From: Pecten maximus
Lineage: Eukaryota
Reading direction: 5' to 3'
Assembly: GCF_902652985.1 (NCBI RefSeq)
Contig: NC_047024.1
Span: 12,400,001-12,464,000 of the forward strand
Length of the DNA stretch: 64,000 nt
This document shows, piece after piece, positions 43,001-55,159 of this stretch. The translations under genes and the position numbers were made by a program. Under the pieces are notes generated by a model. The model was given only the letters and a program-made list of their open reading frames with translations. It ran no database searches and had not been told where the DNA came from. Positions within the stretch are counted from its first letter, which is position 1. Each line of letters opens with the position of its first letter.

Positions 43001-43513
43001 AACTCGGCCAACATACAGTTGTTTCACTTTTTCTTTCCTGGAAATATTATTTTGATTGAAGTGTTATCTTATCAATTACGTAAGTATGGATTTATATGAT
43101 ATCATTACAGGGTAATATATAAAAATTACGTGTTACTTGTCCATAGTCACGATAGTAGAGACTTGGTAAAACATGGGTAGGCCTAATTAGCGATAAATTA
43201 ATTTATTTTGACCAAAAATAATTTATGTTGAAGAAATATACTGCTTTTCAAAATTCACAAAACAGAATAGAAATTTGGTATATTCTTCAAAAATAGTTAT
43301 TACAAAACCTTACAATTACATGATAACATTCAGTATAATAAAATACATAATTTTGTAACTTTTGTATCTCGTTGCCATTATTAATAAGATATTTATTAAA
43401 CAATTATGCCTACACGTGAACAGTTCAGATACTGTTAAACAGAGAATTTATTTACATTTTCCTGAAAGTTTATCTAATTGTTTATCGATGTTATCTGTTG
43501 ATCATAAGTTGTC

Positions 43514-43603
43514 AACTGTGATAGTAAACAACGTCCGATAACACATGGACAGGTTTAACTGTGATAGTAAACAACGCCCGATAACACAGGGACAAGTTTA
43601 ACT
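43514..43603. repeat. 43-bp tandem duplication
   Basis: AACTGTGATAGTAAACAACG(T/C)CCGATAACACA(T/G)GGACA(G/A)GTTT at 43514 and 43557. Confidence 0.9.
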
Positions 43604-44519
43604 TTTCAATAACTATACTATCTGCTGGTATCTCTTTATATACACGAACTATTTTATAGATAAGTTAGGAAATATCTCTACTATTGTCCAGGCCGGATGG
43701 TTTTATTATTTGGAATAAACAAATGAAAAAGATAAAATGTTTTTTACTAACAGTGAATTTAGTTATACAGCCAAGGTAATTCTTAAAAAGCAATAATGTA
43801 TGCATTTTAATTAAATTTATTTTTAGGTACCATTTTAAAGGAATTTAGATTCAAATAGGTAACGACACGAAACTTTGAAATCTTTCACGATTTACCAGCA
43901 AAGTAAAACGTTATATTTTATTTGCCTGTAAACTCTACATTCCTGTATTGGAGTACATTACTATAGGCTAGCGGAGGGGACTTCTACACCCGGTAGGACG
44001 TGTACAGACAGTTTATAAAGATAAATTTATATCCAAGTGTTGGATTGGTATTACAGACGACAGACAGACAAATGACACTGGAGAAAAAGTGAGATACTTT
44101 GCGGTCTTTTTAAACAATTGTTATCCTCATCCAGTCTAAACAAGAGGCCGCATTATAAACAGAAAAAAATATCTTACCACGTTTTTAGAGAAATAACATA
44201 CATGTTATTATATTTAATTCATTTTGAACTTTTATATCTCCAATTAACCTTCACAACTACATTAATTTTACTGGTTCATACTGAACTGGAGACAATATAA
44301 AGGCGATCCATGTTCTATTAGACAATGTTAATAGTTTCAATACGTAAATGAGATGGAAAACAATGTTAGATTCCATATGACGTGATTTTATATATGTTAA
44401 CTTAGATACAGGTACTTTAGATATACCAGCTAGTAGATAAATTACCCATGCACGCCCCTTAACCTAACTGAAAGGATAAAACGTGTATACATGTACATGT
44501 ATACTAAGAAAAACTTACA

Positions 44520-45170
44520 AGATTTACCGACGTCACATTTCACTTACTATATGGTATAGAAATGGGGCGTAAGGGTTGTTTAAATCGAATGCAAATATTA
44601 TGTAAAATTTGTAATCAGTAAAACCATAATAACGCCCCGCCCTTGAGTAATAGATTTAGTGTTGTATGGTGTAGTCCCCTACACAGCCAAGACCTCCATT
44701 TTTATATAACGACAGGAACAAGTCGGACAAATGGATATTTGTTATAGCTATCGAATTTCATTTATTTCGAGGCAAAGATTGTTTGGGGAAAATTCCTTTA
44801 ATGTGACGGAGTCGGGTTCGTTTAGTCCATTACCAAATTCACTTTTAATTCATATTTCATTTTTTTATGAGATTTTATAACAATGCATATGTATAATTAT
44901 ATGCACATTTGCCAAGACTCTAAACTTTAAATAGATTAACATCGCTTTTCAATTAGAAAATTTGAAAGAAAGAAATAATTGAATGCTGTATCAAAAGGAA
45001 AAGACAGACTACGGAAACTCCATACATGTTTTACTGAAGGAATAGACATGAAGAATAATGGGAGAAAAAAAAGAAGTAGGTACGTTCAGAGTAAAGAACA
45101 AAACGGTCAGAGATTTACTGGATATTTGTACAAGTCTTCTTAATATATTGATCAACTTTCGTCAACTTTT
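44520..45170 (-). pseudogene. Highly decayed class A GPCR fragment (TM3 to TM7)
   Basis: Manual minus-strand translation across frameshifts gives, in order: VDQY/KTC (DRY-like), LTVLFFTLNVPTSFFSPIILHVY (TM4), LFLSLYKNG (TM5 end), GVIMVLLITNF (TM6), LNNPYAPFLYHIVSEM*RR (NPxxY/helix 8-like). Confidence 0.4.
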
Positions 45171-45899
45171 TATTTAATACATGTAGATGTTCACTGTTGG
45201 CGGAATCTTTATTTGTATATTGGGGGAATACGTACATAAGTTGTAATAACTTATGCCCAGTTTATTGTTCATTGTTGATTGACAATAAATATTCATGTTT
45301 AAATCAAATTTAATTGAAACAGTACTCTCTTATTCTGTTCATATTGCTGGTTTAAAACTCCTTGAAGTTGAATTAAATCAGTCATATATCTTTTTAAAAT
45401 ATCTAACTACATCCTTGTTTTAAATTCTTCATTTTAGAAATCGATCTAATTAAACCCAATTTATCTAATTAAACCAAATCTATCTAATTAAAACCACATC
45501 TCATTCAACTTGGTTTTCCCACACTTGGTTACTTATAACGTACGGTATAGACATTATATGATATCTGATTTTAATTAGGTTATATTGATCGTAAATCTAT
45601 AATTCTTAATATATACTGATCATACTTCTCGTTATATTCGGGCTATGGCAAGCCAATATAACATTTACTTCATAACGTTTTCTGTCCAATATTATATACT
45701 TTGTAGTTAAAACCATTTCATATGATACTCATAGGACTCCATGGAAATAAACAAATTCAAAAACTCGCAAACACGGTTTTCAATCGCTGTTTGTCAAAAG
45801 ATAAATGTCTTCTCAAATATATTTCATTATAATGTATAGATATATGTAAATATACATGTATTGATAGAATCAGATACTAGACATGGGGATGTTAAATTC

Positions 45900-46810
45900 C
45901 TCCTCAGTAACAATACCTTATGTCGATCTAAAATGTTCCAAATATAATTACTGTAAAAGAAATGGGTTTGGGATTCATGGATATACTTTAGTCGAGATGA
46001 GATAGACATAAGTATTCCCCGTGGTAGACACATGTGCACCACATATTTAATAACAATGATATCTGACCAGAGGTCAGTTTGACCAATAGTTTGTGACCGA
46101 GTTCGATTCAGCATCCAGCTAAAAATGTCAGCCATTCTCAAGAAACAAGAACACGTGCTCGCTCTGGTCTGCACATGCATTGCTTGTCAGTATGTATCAA
46201 GGCTTACCAAGACTAGTAAACGAAAAGCTGAATTAGCTTGATCTATTACTGATAGTATCTAAGTTTCTTACAAAATAAAAGAAACACTAAATATGCAATA
46301 TTTTATTTTATTTCAATATTGCTATTAAATCCATAATCTTTTTTAAAAAAGTTTAATTATGCACGTGAGAATTAAAACTATACCGATATATGACCTATAC
46401 ATTAAGCTGGCGGAACTGTCAGAAATACCAGGCCACATACAAAATACAACTCCATGTAGCTGTCTCGACTCCTCTAGAGCCGTCACGTCCAATGCTGAAG
46501 TACAACGCCTCGCGATCCCAGTCCAGATTGGCGGTCAGCACCGGCGCCAAAGGACCAGATTCCTGCCCCTTCCGTGCCCACGCACGTTCCAAGCTTCCGA
46601 GCTCAGATAGCCAACAGTCTCGTCACGGCAATGACGTGGAATGAAAGATGGCACAACAGATGAACAATTCGACAGAGCAGATGATCGAATCAATCTGACT
46701 GGGCAGACGACACCGGCGAGGAAGCTGGTATCGTTGATGGTTTTCCTCCGCGGGTGAAAGTGCCGTCCAGATCACCGTTCTGTTGCGATACCAACCACTT
46801 CATAAACGTT
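45900..46810 (-). pseudogene. Class A (rhodopsin-like) GPCR pseudogene, TM1 to TM7, multiple frameshifts
   Basis: Collinear minus-strand motifs in shifting frames: VVGI..N.TVIWT (TM1), FLAGVVCPV (TM2), ICSVELFICCAIF/HVIAVTRLLAI (TM3, DRY position), AGIWSFGA/VLTANLDW (TM4 Trp), YMELYFVCGLVFLTVP (TM5), IIVIKYVVHMCLP (TM6), LKYIHES/NPF/FYS (TM7). 46400-46800 is markedly GC-rich. Confidence 0.55.
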
Positions 46811-48796
46811 TTGTCATTTCCAGTCTAAAGAACGCCACTTTCTAACATCTACCAGAATAGTCGTCTTTCAGGTTCTATTTACAAACTTTTATTTTTGAGC
46901 AGAATTTAAAAAGATGGATGCTCGAATACCAACATTTGTATCATCTACAACAGGAATCAGACACAGTGTCACATAGTGCTCCCATGTCTGATAACTACCA
47001 TAGGTCACATAATAGGGACAGCTTAAATAACACTCCAATACATTGAAAATCACAATTTCATATCTGATTAGTTTAAACCAACTGTGATGGCTGGTTCTAG
47101 ACATGGGAGTAAAGCAAAACTAACTTTTAGACCAACTGTGATGGCTGGTTCTAGACATGGGAGAAAAGTAAAGCTAACTTTTAGATCAACTGTGATAACT
47201 GGTTCTAGACATGGGAGCAAAGTAAAGCTAATGTTTAACCAACTGTGATGGCTGGTTCTAGACATGGCAGTAAAGTAAGGGTAACGTTTAGACCAACTGT
47301 GATGGCTGGTTCTAGACATGGCAGTAAAGCAAAACTAACTTTTAGACCAACTGTGATAACTGGTTCTAGACATGGGAGTAAAGTAAAACTAACTTTTAGA
47401 CCAACTGTGATAACTGGTTCTAGACATGGGAGTAAAGTAAAGCTAACTTTTAGATCAACTGTGATAACTGGTTCTAGACATAGGAGAAAAGTAAAGCTAA
47501 CTTTTAGACCAACTGTGATGGCTGGTTCTAGACATGGAAGTAAAGTAAAGCTAACTTTTAGACCAACTGTGATGGCTGGTTCTAGACATGGGAGAAAAGT
47601 AAAGCTAACTTTTAGACCAACTGTGATGGCTGGTTCTAGACATGGGAGCAAAGTAAAGCTAATGTTTAACCAACTGTGATGGCTGGTTCTAGACATGGCA
47701 GTAAAGTAAGGGTAACGTTTAGACCAACTGTGATGGCTGGTTCTAGACATGGCAGTAAAGCAAAACTAACTTTTAGACCAACTGTGATAACTGGTTCTAG
47801 ACATGGGAGTAAAGTAAAACTAACTTTTAGACCAACTGTGATAACTGGTTCTAGACATGGGAGTAAAGTAAAGCTAACTTTTAGATCAACTGTGATAACT
47901 GGTTCTAGACATAGGAGAAAAGTAAAGCTAACTTTTAGACCAACTGTGATGGCTGGTTCTAGACATGGAAGTAAAGTAAAGCTAACTTTTAGACCAACTG
48001 TGATGGCTGGTTCTAGACATGGGAGCAAAGTAAAGCTAATGTTTAACCAACTGTGATGGCTGGTTCTAGACATGGCAGTAAAGTAAGGGTAACGTTTAGA
48101 CCAACTGTGATGGCTGGTTCTAGACATGGCAGTAAAGCAAAGCTAAAAGTAAAGCTAACTTTTAGACCAACTGTGATGGCTGGTTCTAGACATGGAAGTA
48201 AAGTAAAGCTAACTTTTAGACCAACTGTGATGGCTGGTTCTAGACATGGGAGCAAAGTAAAGCTAATGTTTAACCAACTGTGATGGCTGGTTCTAGACAT
48301 GGCAGTAAAGTAAGGGTAACGTTTAGACCAACTGTGATGGCTGGTTCTAGACATGGCAGTAAAGCAAAGCTAACTTTTAGACCAACTGTGATAACTGGTT
48401 CTAGACATGGGAGTAAAACAAGGCTAACTTTTAGACCAACTGTGATGGCTGGTTCTAGACATGGAAGTAAAGTAAAGCTAACTTTTAACCAACTGTGATA
48501 ACTGGTTCTAGACATGGGAGTAAAGTAAAGCTAACTTTTAGACCAACTGTGATGGCTGGTTCTAGACATGGGAGTAAAGTAAAGCTAACTTTTAGACCAA
48601 CTGTGATGGCTGGTTCTAGACATGGGAGAAAAGTAAGGCTAACTTTTAGACCAACTGTGATGGCTGGTTCTAGACATGGAAGTAAAGTAAAGCTAACTTT
48701 CAGACCAACTGTGATAACTGGTTCTAGACATGGGAGTAAAACAAGGCTAACTTTTCGATCAACTGTGATGGCTGGTTCTAGACATGGGGGTAAAGT

Positions 48797-49036
48797 TTAT
48801 AATTATAGTTTTTATTTCATCCAAATGCAAAACAAGCATAAAGGGAACAGTACAAACATTTTCGTAATTATCATGACATAGACAAGCATGAGATGGCGGA
48901 GGACAATATTACCATCAATACCAATGAGATGTACAAGACATGTTGTAACTACATTGTGTTATCAATATACACTGTAAACTCACCAGTTTCAACTTATTGA
49001 ATTATATGACAAAACCGTGACGTCATACATAGTAAA
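48797..49036 (-). mobile_element. 240-bp insertion in the satellite, probable LINE 3'-UTR fragment (copy 1)
   Basis: Non-satellite sequence flanked by an AAAGT duplication (48792-48796, 49037-49041). The minus strand ends AATAAAAACTATAATTATAA (polyA signal plus simple tail). Confidence 0.6.
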
Positions 49037-49148
49037 AAAGTAAAGCTAATGTTTAACCAACTGTGATGGCTGGTTCTAGACATGGCAGTAAAGTAAGGGT
49101 AACGTTTAGACCAACTGTGATGGCTGGTTCTAGACATGGGGGTAAAGT

Positions 49149-49388
49149 TTATAATTATAGTTTTTATTTCATCCAAATGCAAAACAAGCATAAAGGGAAC
49201 AGTACAAACATTTTCGTAATTATCATGACATAGACAAGCATGAGATGGCGGAGGACAATATTACCATCAATACCAATGAGATGTACAAGACATGTTGTAA
49301 CTACATTGTGTTATCAATATACACTGTAAACTCACCAGTTTCAACTTATTGAATTATATGACAAAACCGTGACGTCATACATAGTAAA
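49149..49388 (-). mobile_element. Second, apparently identical copy of the 240-bp insertion
   Basis: Same sequence and same junctions 352 bp downstream (insert + TSD + two satellite units). Confidence 0.6.
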
Positions 49389-51959
49389 AAAGTAAAGCTA
49401 ATGTTTAACCAACTGTGATGGCTGGTTCTAGACATGGCAGTAAAGTAAAGCTAGCTTTTAGATTAACTGTGATGGCTGGTTCTAGACATGGGAGTAAAGT
49501 AAAGCTAACTTTTAACCAACTGTGATGGCTGGTTCTAGACATGGCAGTAAAGTAAGGGTAACGTTTAGACCAACTGTGATGGCTGGTTCTAGACATAGGA
49601 GTAAAGCAAAGCTAACTTTTAGACCAACTGTGATGGCTGGTTCTAGACATGGAAGTAAAGTAAAGCTAACTTTTAACCAACTGTGATGACTGGTTCTAGA
49701 CATGGCAGTAAAGTAAAGCTAACTTTTAGATCAACTGTGATGGCTGGTTCTAGACATGGGAGTAAAGCAAAGCTAACTTTTAGAACAACTGTGATGGCTG
49801 GTTCTAGACATGGCAGTAAAGTAAAGCTAACTTTTAGAACAACTGTGATGGCTGGTTCTAGACATGGGAGAAACGTAAAGCTAACTTTTAGATCAACTGT
49901 GATGGCTGGTTCTAGACATGGGAGTAAAGTAAAGCTAACTTTTAGACCAACTGTGATGGCTGGTTCTAGACATGGAAGTAAAGTAAAGCTAACTTTTAGA
50001 ACAACTGTGATGGCTGGTTCTAGACATGGCAGTAAAGTAAAGCTAACTTTTAGACCAACTGTGATGGCTGGTTCTAGACATGGGAGAAACGTAAAGCTAA
50101 CTTTTAGACCAACTGTGATGGCTGGTTCTAGACATGGCAGTAAAGTAAAGCTAACTTTTAGACCAACTGTGATGGCTGGTTCTAGACATGGGAGTAAAGT
50201 AAAGCTAACTTTTAGACCAACTGTGATGGCTGGTTCTAGACATGGGAGCAAAGTAAAGCTAATGTTTAACCAACTGTGATGGCTGGTTCTAGACATGGGA
50301 GAAAAGAAAGCCTGACTTTTAGACCAACTGTGATGGCTGGTTCTAGACATGGGAGTAAAGTAAAGCTAACTTTTAGACCAACTGTGATGGCTGGTTCTAG
50401 ACATGGGAGTAAAGTAAAGTTAATGTTTAACCAACTGTGATGGCTGGTTCTAGACATGGCAGTAAAGTAAAGCTAACTTTTAGATCAACTGTGATGGCTG
50501 GTTCTAGACATGGGAGTAAAGCAAAGCTAACTTTTAGATCAACTGTGATGGCTGGTTCTAGACATGGGAGTAAAGTAAAACTAACCTTAAGATCAACTGT
50601 GATGGCTGGTTCTAGACATGGAAGTAAAGTAAAGCTAACTTTTAGATCAACTGTGATGACTGGCTCTAGACATAGGAGTAAAGCAAAGCTAACTTTTAGA
50701 ACAACTGTGATGGCTGGTTCTAGACATGGCAGTAAAGTAAAGCTAACTTTTAGAACAACTGTGATGGCTGGTTCTAGACATGGGAGTAAAGTAAAGCTAA
50801 CTTTTAGACCAACTGTGATGGCTGGTTCTAGACATGGCAGTAAAGTAAAGCTAACTTTTAGAACAACTGTGATGGCTGGTTCTAGACATGGGAGAAACGT
50901 AAAGCTAACTTTTAGATCAACTGTGATGGCTGGTTCTAGACATGGGAGTAAAGTAAAGCTAACTTTTAGACCAACTGTGATGGCTGGTTCTAGACATGGC
51001 AGTAAAGTAAAGCTAACTTTTAGACCAACTGTGATGGCTGGTTCTAGACATGGGAGTAAAGTAAAGCTAACTTTTAGACCAACTGTGATGGCTGGTTCTA
51101 GACATGGGAGCAAAGTAAAGCTAATGTTTAACCAACTGTGATGGCTGGTTCTAGACATGGCAGTAAAGTAAAGCTAACTTTTAGATCAACTGTGATGGCT
51201 GGCTCTAGACATGGGAGTAAAGTAAAGCTAACTTTTAGACCAACTGTGATGGCTGGTTCTAGACATGGCAGTAAAGTAAGGGTAACTTTTAGATCAACTG
51301 TGATGGCTGGCTCTAGACATGGCAGTAAAGAAAGGCTAACTTTTAGACCAACTGTGATGGCTGGCTCTAGACATGGGAGTAAAGTAAAGCTAATTTTTAA
51401 CCAACTGTGATGGCTGGTTCTAGACATGGGAGCAAAGTAAAGCTAAATTTTAGATCAAATGTGATGGCTGGTTCTAGACATGGTAGTAAAGTAAAGCTAA
51501 CTTTTAGACCAACTGTGATGGCTGGTTCTAGACATAGGAATAAAGTAAAGCTAACTTTTAAACGAACTGTGATGACTGGTTCAAGACATGTGATTAAAAC
51601 AAGGCTAACTTTTAGACCAACTGTGATGGCTGGTTCTAGACATGGGAGTAAAACAAGGCTAACTTTTAGACCAACTGTGATGGCTGGTTCTAGACATGGG
51701 AGTAAAATAAGGCTACAACCAGCACGAGTGTTTTAGAGCTGCCATGGGAGAAGATGACAAAGAAAACACCTGATGTTTTACAGATTTCCTGTATACAGAC
51801 AATACAGCGATGTTAGTCACCGCATTCCGTCAACACATACTGATGGATCTAACATCCAATTTAACATCATACCCATATATATCTAAAATACGAATAAAGT
51901 CACCATCAACTTAAAACACGACCCAAAACACGACCAACTCCTTTTATTGAAAGTCACTT

Positions 51960-52260
51960 TATATTGAACACATGATCCAAGTCATGGCGAATACTTAATA
52001 CTGAAAGCATGATCCAAGGTCAAGGTCAACACCTAATACTGAAAACATGATCCAAGTCAAGGTCAACACCTAATACTGAAAACTAAACCTTAGTCAAGGT
52101 CAACACCTATAATACTAAAAACATGATCCAAGTCAAGATCAGCATATAATACTGAAAACAAAACCTAAGTCAAGGTCAACATCTAATACTGAAAACACGA
52201 TCCAAGTCAAGGTCAACACCTTATACTGAAAACATGATCCAATGTCAAGGTCAACTCCTG
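51960..52260. repeat. 37-bp minisatellite with TCAAGGTCA core (~8 copies; degenerate copies to ~52700)
   Basis: AATACTGAAAACATGATCCAAGTCAAGGTCAACACCT at 52035, 52072 and onward. Confidence 0.9.
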
Positions 52261-52849
52261 ATATTGGATGATGGAACAGCCGTATGATGCAGTTTTATTC
52301 ATTTTGGCTATATTGTACCTACCTCTGAATTCGTATCACAAGGTGATAATAGGTAGTGTGTCCTTTGTATAATCCTACAAAATACAATAAATGGTTTTTA
52401 GGTATTATTGAAATAACTAGCCCACGTGACCGTAAACATTCCATATAAAAAACATCAAAGTCATAGTTATCATCTAATATTGAATCACAATACTTTATAG
52501 GGTCAACAACTAATATTGACATTACGAACCAGGTCACGTTAACATTTCATATAAAAAAATCAAGGTCATAGTCAACATCTAACATTGGGGGAAAATCTTT
52601 AAATCATGGTCACCATCTAATGATATAGAATTCACTTCCTAGGACAGGGACATGACCTTATAATGAAAGCACAACCCAAGACAAGCTCAAACACGACGAG
52701 GTTATATTATTTATTTTGTTTGATGGTTTGAGATAAATCCGCAATAATCTCACAAATCAAAACGATAGCCACACAATACTAAAGAAACAACAATAACACC
52801 AATTTAACATTACTTCTTACTCACTGTTGAACAAATAGGGCAAAAGATA

Positions 52850-54660
52850 AACAAAAGAGCGATTAATAAGAAGACATCTGAAAAAGTATACTTTATAAAA
52901 ACAGGTATTTCGAATTGGTCTTCTTGCTTATCGAAATCATCCGTAAATCTGTGTAAAACCGGAATAATATCCTCTCGGTGTAGTGGTACCGAACCACCAG
53001 GCACATACTAACGACTTAGAACTTCATATCTCATAATAAAATAAAATATATGTCAATGGATGATGCTGTAAGCCTCCCAATGATTTTCGACAATTTACAT
53101 CTCTCCAAAGTTGGCACTTACTACAGAAACTGTGATACGGAACAATTCTTAGAGTATCGAATTATAACTACGACATGTAAACACCGAAGATTTGGGGAAG
53201 TAATGACATTGCTGTCTAGAAATGGAAAACTTACATCAAGGAAATGGTTACGTGTATAATACAGCAAATTGTCTCTGTTTCGAATTAGTCATAAGGAGGT
53301 GAATACGAATTGTATGGTTCATTTTAAAGCTTAATAAATATACCTGGAGATGACTTGGGATTGTTCCGAAGGATAAGCTAATATTTTGTTACTAATTCTG
53401 TTGACAAAGACGTCATTTATCATCAATTTTATCCTGACTGTGTTTCTTCTTTCTTCATAAGAGAGTTTTCATAACAATCAAAGAAGATGTTCCTTAAGTT
53501 TGGAATTGGATATGGTAATGTATAGAGTGTAGATTTACAAAACAGAAGAGGCGTCTCAGAGGAAGTCACTCATTTAATGAGACGTTGTTAGGAGGACGTT
53601 GCTATTCGAGTACTTCCCAAGTTTCTCCATTTAAATCTATATATTTTGTTCGTTTTTCGCACTCGTGTTATTGATTTTGAGTTAGAATTCGTGATTATGT
53701 CGATATTCTCTTTGATTTTGAGTTAGAATTCATGATTATGTCGATATTCTCTGTTGATTTTGAGTTAGAATTCGTGATTATGTCGATATTCTCTGTTGAT
53801 TTTGAGTTAGAATTCATGATTATGTCGATATTCTCTATTGATTTTGAGTTAGAATTCATGATTATGTCGATATTCTCTGTTGATTTTGAGTTAAAATTCG
53901 TGATTATGTCGATATTCTCTATTGATTTTGAGTTGGATTTTGTGATTATGTCGATATTCTCTATCGATTTTGAGTTAGAATTCATGATTATGTCGATATT
54001 CTCTGTTGATTTTGAGTTAGAATTCGTGATTATGTCGATATTCTCTGTTGATTTTGAGTTAGAATTCGTGATTATGTCGATATTCTCTATTGATTTTGAG
54101 TTAGAATTCGTGATTATGTCGATATTCTCTGTTGATTTTGAGTTAGAATTCGTGATTATGTCGATATTCTCTATTGATTTTGAGTTAGAGTTCGTGATTA
54201 TGTCGATATTCTCTGTTGATTTTGAGTTAGAGTTCGTGATTATGTCGATATTCTCTATTGATTTTGAGTTGGATTTCGTGATTATGTCGTTATTCTCTGT
54301 TGATTTTGAGTTAGAGTTCGTGATTATGTCGATATTCTCTATTGATTTTGAGTTAAATTTTGTGATTATGTCGATATTCTCTATTGATTTTGAGTTAGAA
54401 TTCGTGATTATGCCGATATTCTCTATTGATTTTGAGTTAAATTTTGTGATTATGTCGATATTCTCTATTGATTTTGAGTTAGAATTCGTGATTATGTCGA
54501 TATTCTCTGCTGTTTTTTATAAGGCCAAGAAAACCATGTCTTTTGTCAAATACTGATGTAAATTGTTCATAAGGACTAGCAAATTATAGTATTATGAATG
54601 CTGAGTTTTTGATATGATTAACACACTTTAATAACACGGATGATGAGCTAGTATTTGTCT
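52850..54660 (-). mobile_element. Decayed Penelope-like element (PLE) reverse-transcriptase region
   Basis: Minus-strand translation LLYYTRNHFLDVSFPFLDSNV...FGVYMS*L/IRYSKNCS (~53140-53270) matches the PLE C-terminal RT motif LYDKRDDFxFxIVNFPFLxSNIP..YGVYISQLIRYxRxCS. Upstream are NLRNIFFDCYENSLMKK (LADLFLYxYE-like) and weaker TY-FAS.Y/LHQYLTKD (TYDFSTLY..LPH.LIK-like) at ~54530-54600. Confidence 0.65.
53669..54509. repeat. 42-bp satellite (~20 copies, EcoRI site in most units)
   Basis: Unit GATTTTGAGTTAGAATTCGTGATTATGTCGATATTCTCTGTT (14 codons). It explains ORFs 53695-53985 and 53732-54556. Confidence 0.97.
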
Positions 54661-54774
54661 TTGGAAAATGTAGTCAAGTATAATAAGCCTGGTGTTATTT
54701 TAAGTGTATTAATATAAAAGTGATTTTAGTTTAAATCTATTTTATTGCAGATAAAAGCAAATGGATTGGACAAA

Positions 54775-55150
54775 AGTTGTACAACTTACTTACGTCCTTT
54801 CTGTAACAAGGGAATATAAACAAAATTTGTCACGCAACAGATTATTTTAACTTATATTGTATTTTAACGAAGAAGGGAATAAATATAGAAAGGGGCAGAA
54901 CAGATAAGGACCACCAACGAAAACAGAATGTGAAGTTTTGTCAGATAAAGAACCTGTATGTGGTTTATCTGGTCCTGTCGACGTAGGTAGACTACTTTTC
55001 TAACACACAAGTCCTTCTGCTTTCTAATGTTCGTCACATCCTGTGCTCAGTACCGTTCTCCATGTTCACTCGTAATCCTTCTTTGGTCTCACTTCGAATA
55101 CATATCCTTGGCTACCTTCGCCGACAAGACCAGTGAAACCAGGTACACCG
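54775..55150 (-). pseudogene. Class A GPCR pseudogene fragment (TM5-ICL3-TM6-TM7-helix 8)
   Basis: One minus frame with internal stops gives VYLVSLVLSAKVAKDMYSK* ... LTKLHILFSLVVLICSAPFYIYSLL (CWxPF-like TM6). Shifted frames then give ICCVTNFVY (NPxxY-like) and YRKDVSKLY (helix 8). Confidence 0.55.
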
Positions 55151-55159
55151 TCAATACGA

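Larger units (their letters stand above)
47072..51715. repeat. 54-bp satellite array (~4.6 kb, XbaI site in most units) with higher-order structure
   Basis: Unit CCAACTGTGATGGCTGGTTCTAGACATGGGAGTAAAGTAAAGCTAACTTTTAGA, with 53-bp variants. The long ORFs at 47068-51736 are repeat read-through. Confidence 0.97.

Noticed and set aside
44485-44504. Perfect 20-bp palindrome GTATACATGTACATGTATAC
   Set aside because: Low-complexity expansion of TACATGTA, which is common throughout this window.
47072-51715. CRISPR-like pattern of a constant ~30-bp block plus a variable block
   Set aside because: The variable parts are point variants of one sequence, not unique spacers; no cas genes; eukaryotic context.
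52810-53004. 64-aa minus ORF with hydrophobic C-terminus as a small membrane protein or GPCR TM6
   Set aside because: GTG start right after a stop, and contiguous with the PLE remnant, whose post-RT region it plausibly continues; remains ambiguous.
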